NCBI RefSeq assembly: GCF_024521635.1
Contig: NW_026250407.1
Span: 310,001-374,000 of the forward strand
Direction: 5' to 3'
Origin: Tricharina praecox
Taxonomy: Eukaryota
Length of the DNA stretch: 64,000 nt
Shown: positions 1 to 11,539 of the stretch, in pieces
How the letters are laid out: each line of letters opens with the position of its first letter
How positions within the stretch are numbered: the first letter of the stretch is position 1
Notes under the pieces: generated by a model
Database searches by the model: none
What the model saw: only the letters and a program-made list of their open reading frames with translations
What the model was told of the DNA's origin: nothing
Made by a program: the position numbers and the translations under genes

Positions 1-106
1 TGGCAACTCACCCACTACCAACCTACCACTCTTCGCGAGGCCAGTCTTCGTCACCTTTCCTCACCTTTTTCGATTTTTCTCCCATCTCAACTCGCAATTA
101 CCCACA

Positions 107-1588
107 ATGCCTCCCAAGAAGGCCCAGGAAGAGAAGAAGATTATGCTCGGGCGGCCGGGAAACAGTCTGAAGAGTGGAATTGTGGGTTGAGCTGTCTTCT
201 TCGGCGGTGCTTTTGCTCATGCAGGAGGATAGGTTGGTCTCGCGAACGTTGGCAAATCGACGCTTTTCCAGGCCATCACTCGATGCACTCTCGGAAACCC
301 CGCCAACTTCCCGTACGCCACTATCGATCCCGAGGAGGCCCGTGTCGTCGTTCCCGATGAGCGATACGACTGGCTGTGTGAGCACTACAAGGTATATTCT
401 CAAACGCAGCTCTAGCAATTCTGCTCCGAAGAAGTGCAAGGCGGCGGTGTTGCTTTCTTGCTTTCTTACTCCATTCATACCCCATCCAAGTGATACGACG
501 CTGAGGAAGAATTCCGACTAAAGCCCCATTCTAAAGTTCCTGCGAACTTGACCGTTTACGATATCGCCGGATTGACGCGTGGAGCCTCGACCGGAGCCGG
601 TCTGGGTAACGCTTTCTTGTCGCACATCCGCGCTGTCGATGCCATCTTCCAGGTTGTCAGGTGCTTTGACGATGCCGAGATTATCCACGTCGAGGGAGAC
701 GTCGACCCCGTGCGCGATTTGGGAATCATCAGCCACGAGCTGCAGGTCAAGGATATCGAGTTTGTGGAGAAGAACTTGGATGCCCTGAAGAAGCTCACCA
801 TCCGAGGTGGGCAGTCGCTTGAGATGAAGAAGCTCAAGGAGGAGCAGGCGATCGTTGAGGCTGTCCTGGAGCACTTGAAGAGTGGAAAGGATGTGCGCAA
901 GAACAACTGGGGTACTAAGGAGGTGAGCGACTTTTCTGTCCCGATAGCGTACCGAGACGGTGCTCACGCAGTCATCAGGTCGAGATCATCAACAAGCTCT
1001 TGCTACTCACCGCCAAGCCCGTCATCTACATCGTGAACCTTTCTGAGCGCGACTTTATCCGCCAGAAGAACAAGTACCTTCCCAAGGTCAAGGCCTGGGT
1101 CGACGAAAACAGCCCCGGTGATGTCATCATTCCCATCTCCGTCATCTTTGAGGACCGCCTCACCCGCATGACCGACGAGGAAGTCGCCGAGGAGTGCAAG
1201 ACCCTCAAGACCAAATCCCAGATCGGCAAGCTCGTCGTGACCATGCGCAAGGCCCTTCGTCTGATCTCCTTTTTCACCACTGGAACCGACGAGGTCCGGC
1301 AATGGAGTATCCGCGAGGGCACCAAAGCTCCCCAGGCTGCTGGTGTCATCCACGGTGACTTCGAGAAGACGTTCATTCAGGCCATCATCTCCCGGTATGC
1401 GGATCTGAAAGAGCTCGGTAGCGAAGCTGAGGTCAAGGCCGCTGGAAAGCTCCTCATCAAGGGCAAGGAGTATGTCATGGAGGACGGTGATATGTGAGTT
1501 CTACGCCCTCGCTTTTCCACGATGGTGCAATGGTTACTAATCTGCGAGGAACAGCGTCCTGTTCAAGGCCGGTGCTGCTAAGGGTTAG
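107..1588 (+). CDS. OLA1: Obg-like ATPase 1 (OLA1/YchF), spliced, 5 exons
   Basis: ATG at 107 gives [35 protein letters not shown]. Further motifs: [39 protein letters not shown], and TGS region [29 protein letters not shown]. Ends LFKAGAAKG* at TAG 1586-1588. GT-AG introns restore the frame. Confidence 0.96.
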
Positions 1589-2310
1589 AGCGACATATCC
1601 AGCGTACATAGAAGGAATATGTGATGCGGGAACAAAAGCATTATCTTCTCTTGTTGATCATGAGCTACTTAGTGAAATGAAGTACGAAAAATGCCTCCTG
1701 GCTTTCGTCTCGTGGTGACTGGAAGATCGTAGACGGTGGCGGTCACAATTCCTAGAGCTTTCCTCATAGGGGTATCCACCGTGACTAGAAAATTTGGATC
1801 ATTCCCATTATTCGGAGAGCTGCTGTAAAATATCACTCGTCAGCTAGTCATGGCCGAACACGAGCCCTTGCCCCATACTGACTGAGCTCTCTCTCCCATA
1901 CTGACTGACGGAAACGAGCTACTTACTGTGCAGGTGCTCACTAAAGTAACTTGCCGTTTATCGCCGCCGCGATACCACAGCGTGAGATAAAAGAATCATC
2001 CAGGTGTTCCGATGTGGCGGCATCACCCCGTCGTTGTTATTGTGCATCGCGGGGCACCCGCCACTTTATAAGCATCGAGTTCATGTTTCCAGCACGGAAA
2101 AATCCCCGCGTGGTCTAGTAGTTTAGGCCACGCAATCGGCGAGGGGATCTGAGGGAAAGGTCCCGGCGAAAAACCGGCGAAAAACCTTTGTATTCAGCTC
2201 TTGGGGTTTCCAAGCCACCCGCCGGGGGTGGCGATGGTTTTTGGGTTTTGGAATCACGATGGAGCACGGGATATCACTCGGTGATAGCATGTGACACGCC
2301 TTGCGCTGTC

Positions 2311-2365
2311 GGCTTTTTTTTCTGTTTAATCATCGTTGCATTCGACCTGAGTAGATCATGGCAGA
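2311..2365. repeat. Copy 1 of a dispersed ~50 bp motif (T-run-GTTTAATCA...CGACCT..GTAGATCATG[G/A]CA), possible transposon terminus
   Basis: Near-identical motifs at 29482-29543 and 30120-30170; similarity stops just after CATGGCA/CATGACA. Confidence 0.6.
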
Positions 2366-2572
2366 TTATATAGAAAGGTAGCTTTCGCCCCCTAATGCCT
2401 CACCTCGCCCCTACCTCTTCCATAGGAGATGCTATGCAATTCAATGCAGTGCATGGAGGCCTCCGATTTGGGATTAGTGGAAGCGAGTGATATCAAAGGT
2501 ATTCGAGATGGATTAGGCACGCAAAACGGCTCCATCTTATTGACGACATCTAGATACCTAGGCCAAATGAAA

Positions 2573-4934
2573 TTACAACAGGCTTCCCCTTCTCACCAGC
2601 ATAGTCGCAACCTCCTTGCAATTACATCCACACTCCGAACAGACCTGCTTCACCTCCGTGTTCCTCATTTCTTTCCCGCCCTTTCCGATCGTTCCCTTCC
2701 CTACCTGCTGCACATTATCAAAACACTCCCACACCTCCAAGAACATGACAAAGTGCTCCTCGGAGATCTTCTTCTGCTCCTCTCTTGCCAGAGTTCGGAT
2801 GGTGTTCACCGCGTTTGCAATCTCGCGGCCGTTCATCTTGGCATGCTGCACTATCCGAAGTGCATCCTCCAGATCGATGTCGAATTCGTCGGGGGAAAGT
2901 CGTTGGAGCATTTGGCTCCATAGTGCTCGCCGTGTGACGTGGTCGGGGGGAGCGAACTGGAGTAAAAGGTGGATGCGAGACTTGATTGCAGGGTCGAAGC
3001 CGCTGCCGCGATTTGAGGTGAGGAAGATGATTCCTTGGAAGTATTCTAGATGGCGTAGGAAGACTTGTGCGCGGAAGAGTATGTGGGTGAGCTGCTATAC
3101 ATATTTCAAGGACGTTCAGAGCTCTGTGAGAGGGGGATGGTAATACCGGCAACCAGACTATTCTGCTCTAACCGGTTGGAGACACCGGTCAGCCTTGCTT
3201 CCAGAAAGACGTCACTTTCATCGATCAGTACGATGGCTTTCCACAATGCCGCGTACTGTAGAAACATCCTCAGGTTCTGGTCGATATGTGACACCGTAGA
3301 GCCAAGCTCACCGCTCGAAATGACGATGAGTACGCGTTTCGTATATTCGGACACTTGTAATGTTAACTACCCTGCGAGCTCATACGTGTGGGTGTGTATG
3401 ATGGGGATCAGGTACGTACCGGATTCAGCCGTGAGTGTTTTGCCTGGTTTATTCGGTTAGTCGGTGGTTCGGCGAGCTATATACTAGTGGGGAATTACCT
3501 GTTCCGGGAGATCCATGAAGCAATACGACGAGGCCCTTTCCTTTGAGGTCCTGTTGATCTCTTGCACCATCATTGGGGTACTGGTGGGATGAGACCAAAC
3601 AGCGGATGACCCGCTTTGGTTCATCAGGCAAAATAAGTGTGTCAAAGGAATTCGGATTCCAATTTGCGTCCTCGATCCGGTCGATATAGAATCTACCCCA
3701 CTGCTTCAAAGAAGGACAGAAGCCCAGAACCCACGGAGGACAGAGCATAGGATCATTGCTTGGCCAAAACCTAATGATGTGGCTCGTCATGGAACCTGTC
3801 GACAATCAATGACTTCTGTAAAAATAATGGGGAGAGAGATCACTCACCATTTGGAGTTTCTTCTTCGGCCTGCAGCTCGTCTTCGAAAAGATAGGGATCA
3901 TAGTAAGGACTCTCCTCTATGAAGGTTTTGGTGTCTACTATGATTCGGCCTTGGATCTGTGATGATATTAGACTCCACTATAACTCTTTGAGAGGGGAGC
4001 GCACTGTATGTGGGTTGAAGGTTCCTGCGTAGTGTTTTCTTTCCGGAGAAAAGAACTCTAGTGGTGGCTTGTGTAGTAGCTGTAGCTGTCCTCTATAGCG
4101 CCGAACATGTATTCCTCGCAGCGCCATGAAATGTTCGCCTCGTTTAGTCATCCTGTCGATCATGCCTTCCTGGTCTTTGGCGAAGGTCAAAGGATACGCA
4201 TCCAATCTGGTAATCACTTGGGCTCGACCGATATTGCTCTCGCGGAGCTCGATAATCTCGCCCTCGCGGCCAGTGTCTATCCCATCGTAATTGGTACGGC
4301 TCGTAGTGAGACTAAGATATCTTCCCTCGCTGTCTTGTTCGTACTCCGTCTGTTCGAGTCGGAACAACTGTGAGTTCTCAGGCTTGTCGCCCCGCAGCAC
4401 GAGAGAGCCCGGTCGGAAGATGGTCCACAAAAGCGAAAAGGAAATGTGGCCGGCTGCCACAAGTCTCTCTGCCTTCTTCTTGTCATCTTGTAGTTCGCTG
4501 TCCATAAAAGCTAGTAGAAATCTGAGATGCATGATCGTTTCGTCGTCGGCATTCTTTCGATAGTCTGCCAGTTCTTGCCAATGATGATACAGCAGCTTGA
4601 ACGGGGATTCGATGGTCAAGGACTCGGTGAATTGCTCAGGATGGGCGGGATAGTACTTGACAATCTCGGAGAGAACTCGAAGGATGAATGGAGAGTTGAT
4701 CTCGACTTTAGTGGAGACGAGCTCCTGCTTGACATTGAAAATCCTTCGATGTACTAGAGCATGCTCGGAGAACGCAGAGGCTGCTTTCGCCTCCGGGTTA
4801 TCGCGCTTCGGAACCACTGTCAACTTGCCGTTTTTGTCGTATCGGTGGTCTAGTATCATCAGCTCGCACAGGCTGCCGACAGTTGGTTTAGCCATGGGAT
4901 TGTCATTTGGAGGAGTGCTGTTGTTGGCCGCCAT
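2573..4934 (-). CDS. Fungal AAA+ ATPase with long N-terminal domain (DUF7025-type family), multi-exon
   Basis: ATG at 4934 (MAANNSTPP). Spliced Walker A GKGLVVLLHGSPGT|GKTLTAES, Walker B IVLIDESDVFLEAR, LEYFQGIIFLTSNR..FDPAIKSRIH and MNGREIANAVNT. Family-typical N-terminal motifs INSPFILRVL and HISFSLLWTIFRPG. Confidence 0.9.
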
Positions 4935-5099
4935 GTTTGGGGGATTGCAGTGAGGATAGCTGCCTGTAGTTAGAGGTCTGCCGTTCAAATACGCAGAGCT
5001 CCACTGATGTAATGATAACTTGCGGTGCCTTTGAAGCACTTCAGCCGCACCGATGGGGGTTCGGAATCGGGGTGCATTCTGATTGTTGTGATGGGATAT

Positions 5100-5213
5100 G
5101 GAGGCCTAGTTGAGCCTTGAGGAGCCGATGAAGCTGGAGGCCTAGTTGAGCCTTGAGGAGCCGATGAAGCTGGAGGCCTAGTTGAGCCTTGAGGGGCTGA
5201 TGAAGCTGGAGGC
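5100..5213. repeat. 36-bp tandem repeat x3 (GGAGGCCTAGTTGAGCCTTGAGGAGCCGATGAAGCT)
   Basis: Copies at 5100-5135 and 5136-5171 are identical; 5172-5207 has 2 mismatches. No spacers. Confidence 0.95.
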
Positions 5214-5878
5214 TCTGAAGCGCCTGTGACTCGAACGTATGATCTGTTTTGCAGCGAAGGCGGTATCTACACAGTTAGTTTCCGTCGAATGTAGGAGGAC
5301 CCACAGACGCCAAGAGTGTATGGTAAAAGCAATTTTCTCCATTTCGAGATGGCCAAGAAGAACATTCACCAGAAACAAGGATATCTGCAACAAGCACATC
5401 CGCGTGTGGGGTGAAGTGTGTCGGGAGGAAGGGTGATCAGCGTGGGGAATCTGCTAGTTACTTGTTCGATGGCAGTAATATATGTTACACAGTCATGTTG
5501 AGAGAGACCAATAGATGATTTCCATGCAACGTACTGCACCACATTAGGCCGGCGGCTGAATAGAGTACATAGTACAGCGTATTTTGAGAAAGCCTACGCA
5601 CTTGAGCGCTTGCCGTTTCTTGATCGATCAATCGTGCATGTCCCCACACCCTCACAACCTGAGCTATGGATCGCGGGGAAACGGCCTGTTGCGGAAGCCT
5701 CGCCATGGTTGGCTCAGCATTAACTGCTCACCGCGGACGGATAACAGCCGGGGCTGAAAACGAGCTCAGAATTCAGAAAGCCTCAAGTTCGGACCCCTCA
5801 TCACACACCCCATTAACTACCACCCGCTCACTAAAACCATCCCACACCGATTAGTAGCTGGCATCGCAACAACTCGAG

Positions 5879-8800
5879 ATGTCGACTCCAGACGAGAATC
5901 GCAGCAATGGAAACGTGCAGTGCAAGGCGAAAAGGTAAGCCAACTGGACATCCTGTTGGGTGATCGTAGCAGACAGCCCTTGACGGTAACCGTGTCCGCA
6001 GAGCGGCCGATGCTATGCTCCAGTGTGCGGAAAAGCTGGAGAAGAAGTCGAAGAAAAAATCTCGCTTCGCGGAGGAAGTTCTCAAGCCGGCTCGCCTTAT
6101 ACGCGAGTCTCGAGATCCCTCACGACAAAGTCAGCTAGGTGCACAAGAGCTTCAGGAGCTTCGGGGTCTGGTATGCGAGTTGGACAAAAATCATGGGACG
6201 ACCTGCAAGAGTCGGAAAGCTAGCGAAGCTCTTCAACCTTTCATCGACGGAATTGCCCGCTACACTTCGGTTATGGATACTCTCGTTCAGAGTGATCCCA
6301 CGGTTTCAGCTTTGGTGTGGGGAGGAGCGAAATTCATCCTACAAGTTCGTTCTGGTGCCTTCGCCCTGCCGTACTCGAACGTCCGAACTTACAATCTGTA
6401 GCTCGCAAAAGAGCATGCACAGCACTACGAGCAACTCACAGACTTCCTGGAAAGGTTGGGGCCTCACCTGAACTACCTCGGCTCATTATCGAAGACCTTT
6501 GATTGGTCAGACGAATTGGCGGGCATCTTGATGAAGTCCTACGAGGATGTGCTGCTTTTCTTTGAAGCGGTTTCCAGGATTTACGAACAATCGGGTATGT
6601 ACTGTAGTCCCTAGTATCTTCGCCTTGCGGGATGATATTCGATGCTGATTCGCGGAGGTTTCAAAACCTTGATCGTCGGAGTCTTTTCGCCGTTTGGCAG
6701 GCGATGCACACAACTCACGGAACGACTAGAAAAGAATCTACAGTCAGTGCGGGATTCTGCCGACGCTGCACACTTTCATACGACGAGAAAATATGAAGAA
6801 GGTATGTGGGTCTCTTTAGAATCCCCTTCATATCTCGTAATCTTTTGGCTGATATCGAACTGGCATTTAGACAGAAAGCAAAAGGCTATCAACCAATGGC
6901 TCCAATCTCCAAGTAGCGATTCGCTTTACAAGAAGTGCATCGCCAACAGGCACCCTGGAACCTGTGAGTGGTTATTCGATGATCCGGCTTTCGAAAAGTG
7001 GGAGAAGGCCACATGGCAGAGTGAGCGAAACGAAAGGGTGCTCTGGATCCACGGTCCTCCGGGAATTGGCAAGACCTTCCTAGCTGTTTCCGTGGTTGAG
7101 AGATTGAAATTGTCGGATACCCAGAAGGTAGATCGAATGGGCACTGTGATTTACTACTTCTTCAGAGACGAGAAGTCGATGGATCCCCAGCAGCCTGGGA
7201 AAGGCAGATTGATATCGTTATTACGAAGCCTCGCCAGACAACTCGTGGATAGTATTCGAAACACTCGATCCCACGAGTTGCCGAAAGGGATCTGGGATAT
7301 CCTCGAGGAAAGTGGTGGAGGGTGTCTATCCGATATCGAGTTGGGTGTGAAAGTGGTGCAGGTGCTTCTTGCCATTCTTCCCCGAGTTCATATCGTGGTC
7401 GACGGCTTGGACGAATGCACCGATCGGGACTCTCGAATGGACCCCCACTCTCCGGCCTGGAAATCTCCGAAAATGCTCCCATGGATCCTAGAGAGACTGG
7501 TTCAGGATATTGAGCAGCAGCATGGTACCGTCAAGTGGTGCTTCATGAGTTGTCCAGAAAACGACCTATCCACTCTATTCCAGAAGGTAAAAGCACCAAG
7601 CATACAGGTTAACTCCCAACGCACCGCAGAAGATGTCTGCTCCTACTTAATGGAATCCTGTAACAACTCGCTACCCCCCGACACCGATATTGAAGCGCTT
7701 GGCGTGGGGCTGGCCAAGTGCATATCTGCTTGCAACTTCCTCTACGCCAGACTGACCCTGGAAACCCTATTAGGGTACGGGGTCCCAACTCGTGAGCATT
7801 TAATGAAAGCGCTCTGCAGTTACAATCAAGAGTTTACTCCACGGTATCTCCGAGGATTAAGCCTGCTTGCTGGCAAAAGCCCGAACGAGAAGGAGCTTGC
7901 CAGGTGAGCTTTCCGTGATGCACTCATACAGACTCCTGCGTTCCGCCGTGAACCATGTACACCGTACTGAATTATTGTTTTAGGAGGATACTCGCCTTTG
8001 TTACGGTAGCTGAGAGGCCGCTCACTCAGAATGAGCTTATCGATGCACTTGCCGTCGATTTTACGGTACCACCCGGCGCAGAAACTTATTCCTACGATCG
8101 CCGACCGAAGCCGGAGAAATTCGAAGAGCTTTGTGCTCCATTGCTTGAGCTTGATCGGACCACCAATTACGCAAACCCGATCGTACGCTTCATTCACAGG
8201 ACGGCCCGCGACTTCTTGCGTCAAGAACCCGAGAAAATCACGAATTTGCCTAACGAATGTCGAGCTTTCTTCGTGAGTGAAGATCAAAGACATCTCGAGT
8301 TCGGGCGGGTTTGTCTAGCCTATCTTTCTCGCCGAGAACATGCACATAAAACGACACCAGAGCTGATCGAATCACTTCGCAATAACGACGATGACTACGC
8401 ATTTCTGAAGTACGCATCCATATTCTGGCATCAACACTTGAATTCAATACTCGGAACAGACGATGTTTTCAGGGCGATCACAAGATTCGTGAGATCATCC
8501 AAGTTTCTGACTTGTATCTGGGTTCAAAGTCAGTACGCACCGTACCAACTAGCACGGTATATGAGGGACGGCAACAGGGGCGGGATATTTTGTATCAACA
8601 CCCCCGAGGATGTTTACTCGCTCGCCCCTGGTTCCTCTCAGTATTTCGCAGACCCTCTTCCAAAATGGCTTTCCGAATACAATGATGACGGGGCGAAATT
8701 GGTCTACGGCTGCCAGATGTTTATCAGGGAGTTTGGGCTGGTCCTTCTCCGTCGGCGGGGAGGAATTCGTCACTGCCACCCAGGTTCGCTTGGGCAGCTT

Positions 8801-10556
8801 AATTTCCTCCACACCCAAAGATCAGAAAGATGGAAGGCACTGGCTCTAGAGGAACACAGCGAACGCGTGGGAGGTCGGAGCCCCGTGAACCACTCAGAAA
8901 AGCACCTCTTTTCTGTTCAGGCTTCGCCGACAGAGATCACTATATGGTCAATCGTGGTTGAACCGGACGCAAAACCCTCGACGAGTCTCCGTTGTTCTGT
9001 CAAAGAGTGGCAAATCTCTCTCACCCGATTGAAACCCAAGTTGAGAAGAGAAACGAAGCTTGTATTTTCTCCGAAATCATCGGACGCTACTTTCCAAAGG
9101 GCCTGGTTACAGGTTTCATCCGACACATTTGCCATCCATTCGGATGGTGAAACAATCTTCTCACTCGGATCCGACTCGCTTGACATCTTCCGGGCATCAT
9201 TCAATTCGGAATGCATCCGTACGGTTAACGGCGAGATACTCACACAAATCATGCTCGCACACTCCCCCGATGGTGGAAAAAGGATGATTTTCCGCAACAA
9301 ACATTATGTGAGCCACGGCAGCACTTCTGCAACTTCATACTGTTGGTTGAAGTTTGCCGGAGACCAACTGCAGGATGGTGTCGCAAGCAATATTTGTGAC
9401 GATGATTTGTCCCCTGACGCTTTCGATATCGATTCCGATACAGCTGAGTCCGATTCCTATTCCGATTCCGATTCCGGTTCCAATTTCAATTTCAATTCCG
9501 ATTCCGAACCCAATCTGGAATTGACAGACGACACGGGATATTCGTCTGACAGCGATGATTCCAGTGCCACTGGCCTACCGGAGAAGTATATCTCGTGCAA
9601 TAGTCTCGTCATCTCTCCCGACGATCAAGATCCTCAATGGTTTCACTTCGAAACGACAGAGCTGCCATTAAGACAATCGCCCCCGACCTTTCATCCGACA
9701 AAGAGTTTTGTTTTGCTTCCATTGGATGGTTCGACGACGGTGGTCATCGACTATTCGACGGGTAAAATGAAGAACGTTAACCACTCGAAGGATCCGGAAT
9801 ACAACGGTGCTCCTGTTGCAAGAGGTACTTGTCTTCTTAAGGACATTTGCGAGATTAAGATACAAGGACTAACTTGATCTAGTTTACAGTTTCTCGAGCT
9901 CCGGAGACATGTTGCACCAGGTCACAACCACCCGGGACTTCTCAGACGGCTTTAAATGGGACATTGAGATCAGTCGCCTCGAGTTTCTAGTTGATGAGTC
10001 GCTAGATGTCGAAACGGTCTCTCTGAGAAGCGAAACAAAGTCACACGTCTCCTGGATCTCGCCGTATCGGAATCCCTTCGAAGTCCCCGAGCATCCGGAG
10101 CTTCCATTCATGCTCTCGTGGAGTGAAACCCACCTTTATATCGTCTTTGGGGCCTGTGAAGTTTACATCTGCCGAATTCTTCTCTCACATGGGGACAACG
10201 AAACTTGCGAAAACGTCGCACCCAAGGTCGAAGTGCTGCAAGAACCGGCATTCTTGCCAGCATCAACCACCGAACGCTCGTTCTCCTTTCTTCCACAAAT
10301 GCGTGGGGGAAAGGAGTATGCATTGTTCGCAATCTGTGGGAACGCCGAATTACCCCCCGCGCTTATCTGGAAGGACGTGGAAGCGGACTTGGGAGGATGG
10401 AAAGACTACAGTGGGACACATATCGGACAAAGTGAGGACGCGGAGATTGATGATATGAAGGGGCGATATTCGTGCAATGCACTGACTTTTGATGTTCCTA
10501 TTCGGTCGGGGCTGGAGTGGAATACGAGGTATGAGGTTGTTTGCGGAGGAGGGTAA
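5879..10556 (+). CDS. NACHT-domain STAND NTPase (fungal NLR-like), ~1400 aa, 7 exons
   Basis: ATG at 5879 (MSTPDENRS). N-terminal helical STAND-associated segment PFIDGIARYTSVMDTLVQSDPTVSALVWGGAKFILQ, then RHPGTCEWLF, Walker A WIHGPPGIGKT, Walker B IVVDGLDEC, NFLYARLTLE, and winged helix ERPLTQNELIDALA...RFIHRTARDFL. Introns near 5935-6001, 6346-6400, 6596-6657, 6802-6870, 7904-7983 and 9825-9882 keep the frame. Confidence 0.9.
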
Positions 10557-10763
10557 TGGGACGTGGAATATCTCGATGACTTCGATTTGCGCAAAGGCAC
10601 CATGGTTTGCTGGTTAGGTGGGGAAATTGAGTAGTTCTGTGGATGGAATGGGGCAGATTTGTATATATGGTGGTGCACTGGTTTTGTGCTCTGTTTTTTT
10701 TATACATAATGACACTCATGTACCATGGTATCGGAGGCCTCCATAAAAATTCGTGCTAAAGAC

Positions 10764-11068
10764 GGCCTGTTCGTCTGCCAGCTGCATTTTGAATACCTAT
10801 GATACCACACAAAATTGAGATGCAGTTTGAAACCCTCAGTTTCCGAGCGATGTGTGACCGTTCGGCACACCACCCCACGTTAACAATTTGAGAAACTGCA
10901 TATTGTCGACTGAGCCACAATACACATCGAAAGTGTGGCGTGCCGTTGAATATCTGGATTGCCGAACGGTTCATCGTGGGAGATGAGAGTTTGCAGCTGC
11001 AACTTTGGTAACCTTCAACTCGTTAGAAACCCAAGGTTTGAAAAATGCAGCTGGCACCCGAACAGGCC
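10764..11068. mobile_element. MITE (~305 bp), PIF/Harbinger (Tourist)-like terminal inverted repeats
   Basis: Left GGCCTGTTCGTCTGCCAGCTGCATTTT versus right AAAATGCAGCTGGCACCCGAACAGGCC: 27-bp TIR with 2 mismatches. Non-coding interior; GGCCTGTT ends resemble Tourist/PIF TIRs. Confidence 0.75.
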
Positions 11069-11539
11069 CTTATATATTAGTCGATCAGCACTGCTTTGAG
11101 GCTCTGAGAGAAGGTTAGTTACTCCAGATCTTCTTATTCAATCCTGGCGAACACGTGATTCACCTAGATCTATATTGGATTGCGGTAGCACTGCTGCCAC
11201 TGGCCTTCAGAAGTTCAGATGCACGGCAGATGTTTCGGTAGCGATAGTTAAAACTGGGAGCAGCATCTTGCAAGTGCTCTCCCCATGCAGCAAAGATTCG
11301 CCATCGGTGCAATTCCGCCCGTCGCGTGGACCCTGTAGGGTACAGCTGCGATAAGATAGGTGGGTAAGCTTCCGTACCCCACCATTTCGCGCCGATGTCA
11401 TCGCGGGCAGTCCCGCATCTAACCAGCCTGGCGGACGGACAAACAACTGCGGTGGAAACTGTTTTATATGTACCCCCAGGCACCTCGCTGTTCTTACATT
11501 TACTGCAACGTAACTTAAGAAGCACCTTACACCGCTGCG

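Noticed and set aside
5100..5213. 36-bp repeats as a CRISPR array
   Set aside because: The units are contiguous with no spacers, there are no cas genes, and the DNA is eukaryotic.
2573..5934. Matching amyloid signalling motifs (NLR N-terminal NGNVQ; AAA C-terminal NVQQVG, RHIM-like)
   Set aside because: The similarity is only 3-4 residues and lacks the ~20-aa N/Q/G pattern of HRAM, PP or sigma motifs.
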